DNA of 45,427 bases. It comes from Chiloscyllium plagiosum (lineage: Eukaryota). Positions 23,920 through 36,950 of this stretch are shown here, in pieces. Where the stretch lies: NCBI RefSeq assembly GCF_004010195.1, contig NC_057728.1:54102710-54148136 (forward strand). The letters are read 5' to 3'. Below the pieces are notes generated by a model. That model was not told where the DNA came from, made no database searches, and saw nothing but the letters and a program-made list of their open reading frames with translations. The position numbers and the translations under genes were made by a program. Within the stretch, counting starts at the first letter, position 1. The number at the start of each line of letters is the position of its first letter.

Positions 23920-26900
23920 AGTCGGATATAGCACAGAAACAGACCCTTCAGTCCAACTCTAAGCTGACCAGATGCTCTTTAATCTAGTCACTTTTCAGCA
24001 TTTTCGCCCATATCCCTCAACCCTTTTTTTCATATACCCATCCCAGATGCCCTTAAATGTTGTACCAGCTTCCACCCATTTCCTCTGGCAGCTCATTTCA
24101 TACATATCACCCTCTGTAGAAAATTGCCCCTTTAAAAAAGATCTAAACCTGTGCTATCTAGTTTTGGACTCTCTCTCCCCAAGGAAAAGATGTCTATTTA
24201 CCCAATCCAGGACTCATGATTTTAAAAGCCTCTTAAGGTCACCCCTCTGCTATAGGGAAAAACAGGTAGTACTGGATTTAGTCTCTTGCAATGAGGCTTT
24301 CTTGATAAGGGTTTTTTCACCTTAAGCTCCCTTAGGTGGTCATCTGAGTAGATTTACTCTGCAATTTGAGGGAGAAGATTAAAATCAGAGTTAATGGTAT
24401 TTATAGCTTAGAGCAACTATAACAGACATGAAGGAGGATCTGGGTCGAATGGACAGTGGAACAGCAATGGCTGGTGTTTCTGGGAGGAATCTCCTGAATT
24501 ACTCAGGATGATTCTCTATTGTAAAAAGGGAGGATGTTGTAACTGTGGCTGACTATCAAAATCAGATAGCATTTTTTTTAAAAAAAGCAAGAGAAATATA
24601 ATGTGGTGAGGGGCAGTGGGAAGCTTAAAGACCAAGAAGGTGGCAACAAAAAGAGGAAGACTTAAATGAAGGTAAGCTAGCCAGTAATATAAAGAACTAA
24701 GTTCCCTTTATATCTAAAAGGGTAAAAATGGGCACTGGGCTGTTGGAAAATGCTGGAGAGAGTAGTGGGGAAGAAGGAAGTAGCTGACAACTGAATTTCA
24801 GTCTTCACAGTGGAAGATGTAATATCCCTCATTCTTGAATTGTTGGGGGCAGAGCTGAGTATGGTGGCCATCACCTGAGAAGGTGCTTTTCAAAAGAAAA
24901 ACTGGCCTAAAGATGGATAAGTCACCTGAACAAGAGGGGACTACACCCCAGCGTTCTAAAGGGAGATAGCAGAGATGTTAGTTGCGATTCTTCAGGAATT
25001 GCTAGAATTAGGAGGGTTTCAGAGGGGACAAACTGCTAACCTGACTCCCCTTTTAAAAGGGAGTAAGGCAGATGGAAAATTACAGACTGATTTTAGCCTA
25101 ACCTCTGTCGCGAGTAAAATCCTAGAATCGGTTGAGATTTCTGATGCTATAAAGTCTCAGTCAGCATTGTTTCATTGAGGGAAGGTCATGCCTGAAATCT
25201 GCTGAATTCTTAGTATAAACGAGCAGGTTAGACCAAGGAGAGCCAATGGATGTTGTCTACCTGGACTTCAAGGTGCTAGCATGAACAAGTTTGGCTGAAT
25301 GGGTCCTTAAGGGTGACAAATGGTGTTCTGCAAGACTCTGGGACCACAACTTTTCACTTTAATGATCTAGATGTAAAAACTGAGGGCATTCTGGCTAAGT
25401 CTTTAGATGAAACAAAGATAGGGGGGCAGGTAGCATTGAGGGGACAAGGAGGCTGCAGAAGGATTTAGACAGGTTAGCCTAGGCAAAGAAATGGCAGATG
25501 GAGTACAATATGGGAAAGTGAAGTCATGCACTTTGGTAGGAAGAAAAGAGGCCTGGATTGTTTTCTAAATGCGTGAAAAATTCAGAAGCCTGAAGTGCAA
25601 AATTTGGGAGTTGTAGTCCAGAATTCTCTGTACACTTGCAGGTTGTTAGGAAAGCAGATGCAATGATGGCATTTATTTTGAGGACTTGAATATAAAAGCA
25701 GGGATGTACTTCTGAGGCTCTAAGGCTCTGGTCAGATTACATTTGGAGTATTGTGTGCCACTTGGGGCCCCATATCTCCAGGAGGTTGTACTGGCTTGGA
25801 GTGTCCTCAGGCAGTTCACACTGGCCCCAGAATGAAAAAAAGTTGAATGTTTGTTTGAAGTCTCTGGGTTTATACTTGACTGACTTTAGAAGGGTGAGGG
25901 GCATCTAATTGAAAATGAATACTGGATGGTAGATGTTGCGAAGATGCCCCTGTTGGTAGGGGAGACTAGGACCTGAGGGCACAACCTTATAGTAAAGCGA
26001 ATACATTTCTTTAAAAAAAAAAGAAAATTCTTCAGAGTGTGGTGAATCTTGGAATTCATTGTCACAGCCTGTGGAGGCCAGGTTATTGAGTATATCCAAG
26101 AGAGAGGGGTTCTTGGAGATCAAGAGTTACAGAAAGAAAGGAAAATGGTGTTGAGAAACAGAGCAGACATGATGGGAGCACAGATTAGCCCATTCAGCTT
26201 CTCCCTATAGCTCAAACCTTCCAATTCTGGCAGTATCCTTGTAAATATTTTCTGAGCCCTTTCAAGTGTCACAATAGCTGGTCTCCCTGCTATAGGAGAA
26301 AATTTTAAATGCAATGTCCTGTACAGCTGCAACATAACTTCCCAACTCCTATGCACAGTGCACTGACCAATAAAGGAAAGCCTATTTATCACTGTCTTCG
26401 CTATTGTATCTCTCCACCTTTTTTCAAGGAACTATGTGCCTGCACTCCAAGGTCTTTGTTTGGCAACACTCCCCAGGACTTTAGCATCTCAGTGTATGCG
26501 TCCTGACGTGATGTGTCTTTGCAAATGCAGCATCTCATTTACCTAAATTAAAATCCATCTGCCACTCCGTGCCTCATCTAATGTATTGAGGTAACTTTTT
26601 TTTGCTGTCCACTACACTTCCAAGTTTAGTGTTATCTGCAAACTTGCTAACTATACCTCCTCTGTTTGCATTTTATCACTTAAATGATAAAGCAGCAGAC
26701 CAAGCACTGATCCTAGTGGTACATTGGTCACTGTTTTCCAGTCTGAAACACTCTTCTGTCTATCCTTTCTTCTACCTTTTTGGAACTAGTTCTGTATCCA
26801 ATAGCTAGTTCTCCCTGTATTCGATGTGATCTAACCTTGCTAATCAGTCTACCATAAGGAACTTTGTCAAATGTCTATGAAGTCCATATAGATCACATCT

Positions 26901-27060
26901 GCTGACTACCTCAATCCTTTGTTCTTCAAAAAACTGAGTCACTATTTCCCTCCCCCACCCCCACAAAGCCATGTTGTCTATCCCTAATTGCTCCTTGCCT
27001 TTCCAAATACATTTTAAATCCAGTCCCACAGGATTTCCTCCAACCTGACCACTGAGTCAA
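23920..27060 (-). mobile_element. CR1 LINE split in two (23920-24265 and 26187-27060) by another CR1
   Basis: The left part ends at gggaaaaacag and the right part resumes at agcccattcagcttctccctatagctc; these are adjacent in the intact copy at ~6030-6070. ORF 26120-26392 gives RSWEVMLQLYRTL...LERAQKIFTRILPELEGLSYREKL. Confidence 0.8.
24266..26186 (+). mobile_element. Degenerate CR1 LINE of a second subfamily (endonuclease end, RT, 3' region)
   Basis: VLDLVSCNE (APE C-terminus); LVAILQELLELG...ANLTPLLKG...SLTSVASKILES (RT N-region); atggatgttgtctacctggacttc (DVVYLDF); ctgcagaaggatttagacagg (LQKDLDR). Confidence 0.85.
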
Positions 27061-27214
27061 GCCCAGTGTTTTATGAAGATGATACTTGAAATTTAGTATC
27101 TTTCATGCCATTAGACTTAAACTTCTGAAGTGAAGCTTTTGTTGGAATGAGAGTACAAAAGTGAAACAGCTAACTTGTGCAGAGCAATATGACAGAATCC
27201 TTCCCTCCTGTTAT

Positions 27215-27412
27215 GGGGCAGGGTGTGAGATACGTCCCTGCTCTTTCAACATGTTTTTTTAATATTTTTTTTCACATCTAGATGGAGCTGTAATTTAATC
27301 TCAATGATAATTCACAGAATTCCTTCAGTGCTGCATTGGAACTTTTTTTTGACTCACTTCAGCACAGTGACCTCCTAATGCAAGGCTATTATTGTGCTGC
27401 TTGAGCCATGGT
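27215..27412 (-). mobile_element. Highly degenerate Deu-domain SINE fragment
   Basis: tccctgctctttcaa...attccttcagtgctgcattgg...tgagccatgg; same motif order as 7750-7990. Confidence 0.45.
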
Positions 27413-27753
27413 TGATGGAAAGAAAGTAATTTGAAGATGGATTCTCTTGTGGTCTATCTTCCATAAGTGACTTTCAGAAGTACTTTATTGAAAATCTTTG
27501 ACATTTAGGTCTTTCTCTCTAGTTTTTCAATTCCACTTGCCATGGTATGAAACACTTGACATCCATGCTTTATATACTAAGGGAAGATACTTCATTCAGA
27601 AAGTTGATTTTTAAGTTGCCATTGGGTGCTGCATTGACATTTGACTACAATAAGCTACTGACTTTGGCCCTTCACAAATGAACATTGAGTGAAAATCAGC
27701 ATGTTAACTTGACTCCCTGGCAAGATTGCATGTCCTTCCTGTGTCTCTGTCTA

Positions 27754-27878
27754 ACAGAACATAGAACATGCCCTTTGGCCCACAATGTTGTGCCAAGGTT
27801 TAATCCTAATGTAAAATAACCTACGCACCGCTCAACTTGCTGCTATCCATGTGCATGTCCAGCAGTCGCTTAAATGTC
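27754..27878 (-). mobile_element. CR1 3' UTR fragment
   Basis: aacagaacatagaacatgccctttggcccacaatgttgtgcc...atccatgtgcatgtccagcagtcgcttaaatgtc. Confidence 0.65.
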
Positions 27879-28667
27879 TTTGTAAACTGATCCCCCTAAG
27901 CATGTAAGCAAGCTGCGTTTATTGAACTAATTTGGATTTTGCAAATATCCAGAAACCTCATGGTTGCTGTTTGTACTGAGATTTTTTTTCATTAGTATGT
28001 TAGATTTAAGCTTGACCTCTTGTTTGCTATTTGTCCATTTGAGTTAGCTGACCCAAAGGGTCTGAAATACTGAAATTATTCAGTGTATTAAGCTGCATCT
28101 GTCTTAATAGCTTACCCCCCCCTTCTGTGTCAAGCTATGCTTATCTCCAGTTGCTGTGTTGTGGAATTTCAAAAATGGTTCAACATTGTCTTTAGATTTT
28201 TAATATTGTCTGAACCACCAGGAAGGGCCTATAACTTCTGGTTTTGATCAGAAACTAGACTGCAGTATTGTGGCCTTGCTGATCTATAAATGTGCAAATC
28301 TAAATTGCCAATACAGTTATACTTTATTTGGAAATGTAGAATTTGATATTTTAGTCTATTTGGGTTTCAGAGCCTTCTGCAGAGCATTTAACACTGGATG
28401 TAAGCTATAATTCTCTTCATTAATTGTCTCCACAAATTGAGCACTGGTTGACACTACATCCCACTTTTTTCTATTTCCCAGTGTTAATCCTTCTTTCTTG
28501 CCAAAGCTTTAGGTATTGGATTGTCAAGTGGGGTATTCTATTTGCTCTGACCTAAACCACCTGAATTCAATTACAAATGCATGCCATACATCTAGGCTGA
28601 CTTATCATGGCTGAGTGATCTTTTAATACTGCATGCAATCTGATGTTTGCCCTGATGAGTGGGTAAC

Positions 28668-28852
28668 TGGCTTAGTGGCTAGCACTGCTTGTCTCATAGC
28701 ACGGGGACCTGGGTTTGATTCTAGCTTTGAGTGACTGGAGCTTTCTGGGTGCTCAGTTTCCTCCCACAAGCAAAGATCTGCAGGTTAGGTAGATTGGCAG
28801 TTTAGCACTGCTCCATAATGTCTGGGATATCTAAGTTAGGTGGGTTAGCCAT
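28668..28852 (+). mobile_element. HE1-like V-SINE with internal deletion
   Basis: tggcttagtggctagcactgct...gacctgggtttgattc...ctgggtgctcagtttcctcccacaagcaaagatctgcaggttagg; homologous to 1816-2000. Confidence 0.8.
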
Positions 28853-28869
28853 CGTTTTGAGGTCTGGAC

Positions 28870-29830
28870 GAAGAACAAAAAATTTGCAGCCCTGGAACAG
28901 GCCCTTCAGCCCAAGCCAATCCAAATCCACTGTCTAAACCTGTTGCACAGTTCCTAAGCATCTGTATCCCTATGCTCCCTGCCTACATGTGCGTCTGTCC
29001 AGATGCATCTTAAATGAATCTACTGTGCCTGCCTGTGCTGGCAATGTATTCCAGGCACCTACCACCCTCTACTTCTCACATGTATCCCCTTTTTAAACCT
29101 TTCACCTCTCTCTCTCTCCTTGTGTGTGACCTCTTATTATTGAATCCCTCACCGGGGGGGAGAAAGTTCCTCTCTCCACCCTGTCTATACCTTTGTTTTT
29201 TTTTTTGTAGAGCGCAATCAGGTCTCCGTGCCCCCTTCAATCTTTTTTTTCAAATTGAAAACAATCCTAACCTACTCAACCTCTCTTCATAGCTAGCACC
29301 TTCCATACCAGGCACTGTCCTTGGAAACCTTCTCTGTACCCTTTCCAAAGTATCCGCATCCTTTGATAATGTGGTGACCAGAACTGTACACAGTATTCTA
29401 AATGTGGCTAAACCATAGTCTTGTACAGTTTTAACATGACCTGCCAGCTCTTATACTCCAATACCTGGTTCTGATGAAGGCAAGCATACCAAGTGCAACC
29501 TTGACCACTCTATCCACCTTCAGGGTACAACATTTTTCCCAAGGCTCTTCTGTTTAATTGTATAGTTTGCTAAAGAATTACTTTCCAAAATGCATTTTTT
29601 TTTTCCTGGATTGAACTCCATCTGTCACTTCTCCACCCTACTCTCCACTCTGCCTATATTGTCCTGTATTCTTTGACAGTCCCCTATGCTTTCTGCTACT
29701 CCATCAATCTCCGTCATCTGCAGACTTACTGATCAGACCAGCCATATCCTCTTCCAGATCATTGTATAGCTCACATACTGGCCCCAGCACTGATCCCTGT
29801 GGAACATCACTGGTCACTTTTCTCCATTTG
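28870..29830 (-). mobile_element. CR1 LINE, 5'-truncated
   Basis: Reverse RT motifs (ggccccagcactgatccctgtggaacatcact = [10 protein letters not shown]; cgtcatctgcagac = SADD), gaccagaactgtacacagtattc (EYCVQFW) and 3' UTR. Confidence 0.88.
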
Positions 29831-29844
29831 GATACAATTCTAAT

Positions 29845-30370
29845 TCTTTGTGGGCTGTGGATGTTGCTGGCTGACCGACATTTATTGATTTGTCCCTTTT
29901 GTTGCCCTTGGTGGTGGTGAGCTGCCTTCTCAAACCACTCCAGGCTACCTGATGTGAGATCTCATTTGGGAGAGAGTTCCAGGATTTTGACCCAGCAACA
30001 GTGAAGGAGCAGCGATATGTTTCAAGTTGGAATGGTGAGTGGATTGGAGAGGATCTGAAGGTAGTGGTGTTTCCATATCTGCTGCCCTTGTTCTAGGTGG
30101 AAGTTGTTTGGAAGGTGCTGTCTGAGGATCTTTTTGAATTTTCTGCAGTTCGCATTTGTTACTGAGTGGTGGATACAGTGCTCGTTAAGCAGGCTGCTTT
30201 GTTCTAGATGGCTTCAAGTGTTGGAGCTTCACTCATCCAGGCAAATGGGGAGAAGTCTATCAGACTCCTGATTTGGGCCTTGTTGATGGTGGATAAGTTT
30301 TTTTTTTCCCTTAAGAGGTCAGGTGAGTTACTTGTCACAGTATTCCTAGCTTTGACGTACGATTTTGATC
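29845..30370 (-). mobile_element. LINE 3' fragment (CR1/L2 group; same family as 2884)
   Basis: gttgcccttggtggtggtgagctgccttctc...ttccaggattttgacccagcaacagtgaagga; reverse of 2884-3075. Confidence 0.7.
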
Positions 30371-31224
30371 AATGGCAGGCTCTCGCTTGCTCACATTTGA
30401 ACCTGGGTCCCCAGAACATTATCTGGGTCTCTGGATTAGGTCTTATGGTGATACCACTAGGCCTTCACCTTCCCTTGAGACAAAGGTCAGTGCTGCCTTC
30501 CACTGTAGGGATTCTGATATGATTGCAACCAAACGTGTTAACTCACTTTAAATTTGGGTGGATGTTATGACCTTTTTTAAAAAAATTTTCCCCTTTAACT
30601 TTGGTTATCATTTGGATGAGGTTGGTTGCACAAATAGGGTGAAAATGGCAGCACTGATGTACTGATCACATCTTTGTCTGAAATGAGAAATCTGTACCAA
30701 AAGTCTTAGAGCAGGAAGAAGGTCTAGGTCCACCATCCACGATATGAATCGGGTGGGCCATGACTGTCTTAAGTCATGGGCTCTTCTTAAAACCATCAAA
30801 ATTACCAATACCGCACCTTTTTTTTCCTTCACTTTCCTGGTATTTGGGTTATTGTTTGTCACTTGAGGGAAGCGGGGTAGCAGCACTCAGGACAAATGTA
30901 GTGACTAAGATACCAACTAAATGAAGTGTGCTATATTGGAAAGAAAAGGCCTTTTTTATTTAGAGCAATTGTAAATATCCAGTACTTAAGTTGCATATGT
31001 AGTTTCAGAAAAGCTTGGTGTGAATCTTTTTGAAGGTAGTATTTATTGCTCCTCCTGAATTGTTGTGTAGTGGGCTGCTGGAGGTCAAGAAATGGTAATA
31101 TAATTTTAAAGGTTGCCTAGTCTGTCTCCATGATTTTAAGTGGTGTTTCCTTCTGTTTACCCTAATCCTACCTTTAGGTTCAGTAAGTATTGTGAAGGGA
31201 GATTTGGTGAATTGATGCAGTGTA

Positions 31225-31612
31225 TCTGTTTTCCCTGGAGCGTTAGAGGCTAAGGGGTGACCTTAAAGGTTTACAGAATTGAGGAGCATGGATCGGGTAA
31301 ATGGCAAAATCATTTCCTAGGGACTGGGCAGTCCAGAACTAGAGGGCATAGGTTTGGGGTGAGAGGGGAAAGACAAAAGAAACCTACAGGGCAATCTTTT
31401 TACACAGGGTGGTACGTGTATGGAATGAGCTGCCTGAGGAAGTGGTGGAGGCAGGTACAATTGCAACATTTTAAGAGGCGTTTGGATGGGTGTATGAATA
31501 GGAAGGGTTTAGAGGGATATGGGTCAGGTGCTGGCAGGTGGGACTAGATTGGGTTGGGGATATCTGGTCGGCGTGGCGGGTTGGACCAAAGGGTCTGTTT
31601 AAATGCTATACA
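31225..31612 (+). mobile_element. CR1 3' end
   Basis: LFSLERxRLRGDL...SRTRGHRF...WNELPEEVVEAGT...FKRRLDGCMNRKGLEGYG across frames, then 3' UTR gaccaaagggtctgttt. Confidence 0.9.
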
Positions 31613-32007
31613 TTTAGGACTCTTTGACTTGGGTACTAGCATCTCCTCCTCCACTATTGCTCTTTGAAGAGTGTATTTTAAGGTGGTGCACCTGGAATGT
31701 GGCTGTAACCAAGCCCTTCCAGGCATGTGAATACTTAATCACATTCCTGACTTGTAGATGACAGACTTTAGGCCTCGGACACTCTGAACTAAATTAATTC
31801 AATGCCCTTGGGTTGAGATGTTTGACCTGGTGAGATTCTTTTGTTGAGCTGCAAAAGATATCTCCTTCTCTTCCTCCACCCTACTCCCAAATTGCCATTG
31901 ACTTCAGTTCTATCAGGACTCCTTGGCACCACAGTGTTTGTTTTTGAATGAAGGAAATTGTGTTCTTTTTGGCCTTGCCAAGGTCCTACTGAGGTTATGA
32001 ACTGTGT

Positions 32008-32685
32008 GGTCATAGAACATTACAGTGCAGTACAGGCCCTTTAGCCCTCTCCGCCGACCTGTCATACCAATCTGAAGCCCATCTAACCTACACTATTCCA
32101 TGTGCGTCCATATGCTTGTCCAATGACGACTTAAAGTTGGCAAATCTACTATGAGAAAGTGAGGACTGCAGATGCTGGAGATCAGCTGAAAATGTGGTGT
32201 TGGAAAAGCACAGCAGGTCAGGCAGCATCCAAGGAGCAGGAGAATCGACATTTAGGCATGAGCCCTTCAGGAATGAGGAAGGTGTGCCAAGTAGGCTAAG
32301 ATAAAAGGTAGGGAGGAGGGACTTTGGGGAATGAGGAAACTGGAGAAATCTGAGTTCATCCCTTGTGGTTGGAGGGTTCCTAGGCGGGAGATGAGGCGCT
32401 CTTCCTCCAGCCGTCATGTTGCTATGGTCTGGCGATTGAAGGAGTCAAAGGACCTGCATGTCCTTGGTGGAGTGGGAGGGGGAGTTATGTTGAGCCACAG
32501 GGTGGTTGGGTTGGTTGGTCCGGGTGTCCCAGAGGTGTTCTCTGAAACGTTCTGCAAGTAGGCGGCCTGTCTCCCCAATATTGAGGAGGCCGCAGCGGAA
32601 GCAGTAAATGATGTGTGTGGAGGACTGTAGCAGGCAAATCTACTACTATAGCAGGCAAAGCATTCCATACCCTTCTTACTCTCTT
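32008..32685 (-). mobile_element. CR1 3' UTR fragment interrupted by a Penelope insertion
   Basis: catagaacattacagtgcagtacaggccctttagccc...gttggcaaatctacta on the left; resumes ggcaaatctactactatagcaggcaaagcattcca after 32633. Confidence 0.7.
32152..32632 (-). mobile_element. Penelope-like element, 5'-truncated (GIY-YIG endonuclease plus terminal repeat)
   Basis: Minus strand translates NIGETGRLLAERFREHLWDTRTNQPNHPVAQHNSPSHSTKDMQVL*, then after a frameshift RQTIAT*RLEEERLISRLGTLQPQGMNSDFSSF. Flanked by a GGCAAATCTACTA duplication. Confidence 0.9.
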
Positions 32686-33629
32686 GGTGGAATCTAAATG
32701 GAGAACGGAGTAGACTGCTTGATATTTAATAATATGATGTAGACTCTTGTTTCTTCAAACACTAAATTGAAAAAATGCCATCAGCAAATGAATTAGAAAT
32801 TGTTTAAATTTTTTTTACCTATTCTAGTCAATAAAATCTCCATTGGAGAGGCAAAGGTTCTTTGCTCTTGCTTTGCCTTCATGATTCTTTAAATTATGCA
32901 CTTTTTTTTCTCCAGTAGCTTTCCTGGATTACTTCCTGTCATGCTTACAAATGTGACATTTTGAAGTTTGTTAACTAACCAGTATTTGAAGTGATGTGGT
33001 ATAAAGCAATTTAACACCATGTTTGTTTGTGATCTTATCAGTGAGACTTTTGAGTTCATCTTCATACTTCAGTATGTATGTAAATGAAACTTTCAGATGC
33101 AACCTAATATCTGGGCTCAGATGACTTAGTCAAACTGCTGCAAAGCTTGAACAATTTGAACACATTAATTATTTAAGACTTGTAATTCCATCTGACAATA
33201 TCAGTCCAGATTTTAATGTGTTGAATAAAACTGTTTGCTCAAATCTTTCTTGCAGTGTAAACTTAAGCTTTTTTTTGCTTTTGATCCACTATAAACTTGA
33301 AAGATGTATAATTCTTGTTTTTTAGTGTAATGAAAATAAAGATGCTTAATTTTGAGTAAAATCAATTTCTTAACTGTTTCAGGAACACTTTTTTTGTCAA
33401 TGCAAAGTATTTTTTTTTAACTGCTTCAATCTTGTAGATAGAAATCTGACAGAGACTGGGTCTAGTATTAACCACTCATGATCAAACCTGTTTGATTTTA
33501 GGGGTTGCTGTCCTCCTCAGTATGTATCTACTACCAAGTGATGCTTGGAATACAAAAGAGTCAATGATGTTTGGAAGGATAAGGGAGGGGGAAGAATCTA
33601 TTCGAAACGTAGATTACTGAATGACCTTT

Positions 33630-33900
33630 ACAAAGATGCTGGGAAGATGTTTGCCTTAGAGTCTAGGACCCTAGAGCATAGTGTTAAAGGGAAGAGTGCT
33701 GTTAGAACTGAGATAAGAAACTTCCACCAGAAATTGGTGAATCTATGGAATTCCTCTTCTCAGAAGGCTGTGGAGCCATGGTCCTTGAATATATATCAAG
33801 GGTTATGAGGGCAAAAGCAGGAGAATGGGGTTCAGTAGATATTGACCATGCTTGGATGGTGGTGCAGCCTCCTGGGCTGAATGGCCTAATTCCTTCTAGG
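33630..33900 (+). mobile_element. CR1 3' end
   Basis: GKMFALESRTLEHS...RTEIRNFHQKLVNLWNSSSQKAVE, then gggctgaatggcctaattcct tail. Confidence 0.8.
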
Positions 33901-36216
33901 CCTTATCCAGTAGGAATACGTGTGATCAGGCTTTGATCTATTTGCTGCTATCTTTCCATTAAATACAAATGGAATTTGAATGACTACCCATAATCAAACT
34001 GTGCTTTTATTATATAACCTAATGGGAGGTGTTTAGGCCTTGGACTGAGTAATTAGATTCAGCTAGTGGCTTTGAGATTTTGGTGACTTTTCTATATTAA
34101 AAGTGAAAAGGTAGGTGAAGGTCAAATCTTTTGAAGAATTTTGTATTTGGGTTTTAAGTTTTAGGATACTATTGCCATTTTAAGGAACCTAGATTGTATG
34201 CTGGGTACATGTGCATTTCTCAACATGAAATCTCCAAGATTCTAATTGTAACACACTGAATTGCTTGTTCAGTGTTGATACACTTTGTTGATACATAGTA
34301 ACATGTTACCTTGCATTGAGAGATCCTGTTTGTACTTGAACCTTATTAGTGTAGGATAAATATAAATAGCATTGCAGCCATGTAATGAAACTAGTGAATT
34401 ATGTTGAACTGTTTCAATCGTTGAATGTTAACACCCTGAAGTCTAGCCAGAATACTCTTCAAGGCAGTATACTTGTTTGAGCAGAGTGGTATTGGCTTTT
34501 TCACATGAGAATAACTGCATCCTGAATGTTTGTGCAACTTGTTGCACATTCCCCTCCTATCTTCAAAGGTGGTGGGCTAATTTCCTCTGGACATTGACAG
34601 TCTAAAGTCTTCCTGTGGAGTCAGTGTTTTGACATCTTCCACAATACTGCCGGAAACTTTCAATAACAATTGATCTCTGTGCACAATGTCTAGTTTAAGA
34701 AGCCATAAAATTGCAGAGCTCTTGTTCGTTTCCCAAAAAAAGTTAAATTTTAGTCATGCAAACAATATAACTTACTAGCCACTTACCTGTAGCAGCTATC
34801 ACTTTTGTAGTTTGCAAATACCAGCCAAATAGCCTTTCACTCTTTTTCATAGATCATGCAACAAAGCCTTCAGTTTAACAATCCAGGAATGACTAATGCA
34901 TTCCACTATATTGTGAGCTAGAAAAGTGATTCTTGCATCTGAATCAGTCTTGAGGATTGAACTGGATTTGTGACTTTTTTTGAGTGCTGGTCTTTAGGTG
35001 AAGTATGTCAGCCATTTGGAATCTTCTATTTTGAGCATACCATACCAGTACTGAGCAGTCTTGATCAAGTATAACCTGTTCCAGATGTAAATTCAAATTC
35101 TTTGCTATGATTCAGGCACCTTAGTCCCATTCTTTGATCACCTATTGCATTGGCATTAAATTCCTATTCTTGTCAGCAGCTATATTGTACTTGACAATCA
35201 AATTTGGCTAGAGGTTGCCCAATTAATTTCTTCCTTCAATGCTGTTACCAGGTCTTAAAGATTGCAAACATCATAGTATACTTAAATTCAATGTAATGCA
35301 CAGAAAATATTTCAATACCTAACATGACATCTTGCCATCAAGACTTTAGATGTGTTAAGTGTAGTCAAGAAACAAGATATGCAGCTGACACAAATTTGTC
35401 TACCATATCAAGAGACTAATGTTCATGAGCTGTTTAAACTTTGCTACTAACTTGCAGCTGCAAGTTGCTGCACAAACATTGGACTGATTTCTTTTAAAGT
35501 ATTTTTAGTCTTGACAATGTGACAACAAGGCCAGCATTGAATTGCTGTTTCTCTATGGGATGGTGTATCCAGGAAGCAGCATGTGATGTGTTCAATATCA
35601 TTTTAGGAAATGAGAGCTTGAAGGAGAGAGGCACTCAACCTCTTCAAAAATTTAGTCGCTCCCCTCGCTAGATGGATTTCTAAGAATAAAGGTAAAATTT
35701 ATATTTTGGTGATCAGAATTCTGATAGGGTTTGTGTAATGTTTTGATTTCAGATTTGAATTGTGCTTGCTGCAGCAAAATCTTAATTCTATTACTTGGTT
35801 AGAATGACCTACAGAGCTTAATACTTCCAGGTTCAAGCTCTAATTTGTATCAGTCATGCTTAAATTATTCTGGGCTTGTCAGTGTCTGTCTACAAAAGTC
35901 AAATCTGAATATCTCTGCTAGTTAGGTTAAATCACTTTTTTAGATGTTTTTTTTTGAGATCAGTTGCCCCTTTTTAAGACCAATGCATGCATCGCCTAGA
36001 GTCAGCACTTGGAACTGTTTTGCACTGCCATTATCAACTGCTCAACATTGGACTCATGCTGCCCATCCTTGCATGCCCAATCAAAGCCCCACCCTTTTAT
36101 GGTAGCCAACGAATATTCCTCTTGGAGGGAAAAACAATATTTGCTCGCTTGGTTTTTGAGTTTATTCACTTCCTCTGGCAACTCCCTGTAAGGGAAATAT
36201 TACCATTGTAAAATGT

Positions 36217-36950
36217 CCATAGTCATAAATGTACAGCATGGAAACAGACCCTTCAGTCCAACTCATCCATGCTGACCAGATATCCCAACCTAATCTCTGC
36301 CCATATCCCTCTAAACCTTATTTTTTTTTCCTATTCATATACCCATCCAGATGACATTTTTTTTAAATGTTGCAAATGTACCAGCCTCTACTTTCCCCTG
36401 GCAGCTGTAGCTTGTTCCATACACGCCACCTCTGCATGAAAATGTCTCTTACATCGCTTTTTTAAAAATATTCTCCTCTCTCTTCTCCCTTCTCCCCCCC
36501 CCACCTCCACACATGTTGTCTACTTATCCTATCCATGCCCCTCATGGCCTTAAACCTCCTATAAGGTTACCCCTCAGCCTCTGCTCCATGGAAAACAGTC
36601 CTGGCCTGTTCAGCCTTGTAAATCTTTTCTGAACCCTTTTCAAGTTTCACAACACCCTTCTGATAGGACGGAGACCAGAATTGCGTGCAATATTCCATCA
36701 GTGGTCTAAGCAATGTCCTATACAGCCACAACATTACCTTCCAACTCCTGTATTCAATACTCTGATCAGTAAAGGAAAGCATACCAAATGCTGCCTTTAC
36801 TATCCTCTCTACTTGAGACCTTCAAGGAACTATGCGCATGCACTCCAAGGTCTGTGTTCAGCAACACTCCATTCAACCTTACCACTAAGTGTAATAGATT
36901 CTGCTGATTTGAATTTTCAAAATGCAGCACTTTTTCTTATCTAAATTGCA
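36217..36950 (-). mobile_element. CR1 LINE, 5'-truncated, with many small deletions
   Basis: ORF 36567-36782 IEYRSWKVMLWLYRTLLRPLMEYCTQFWSPSY; same tail as the 5653 copy. Confidence 0.9.

Noticed and set aside
34525..34551. Hairpin tgtgcaac-tt-gttgcaca
   Set aside because: Too short for a pre-miRNA or MITE; expected by chance in 45 kb.
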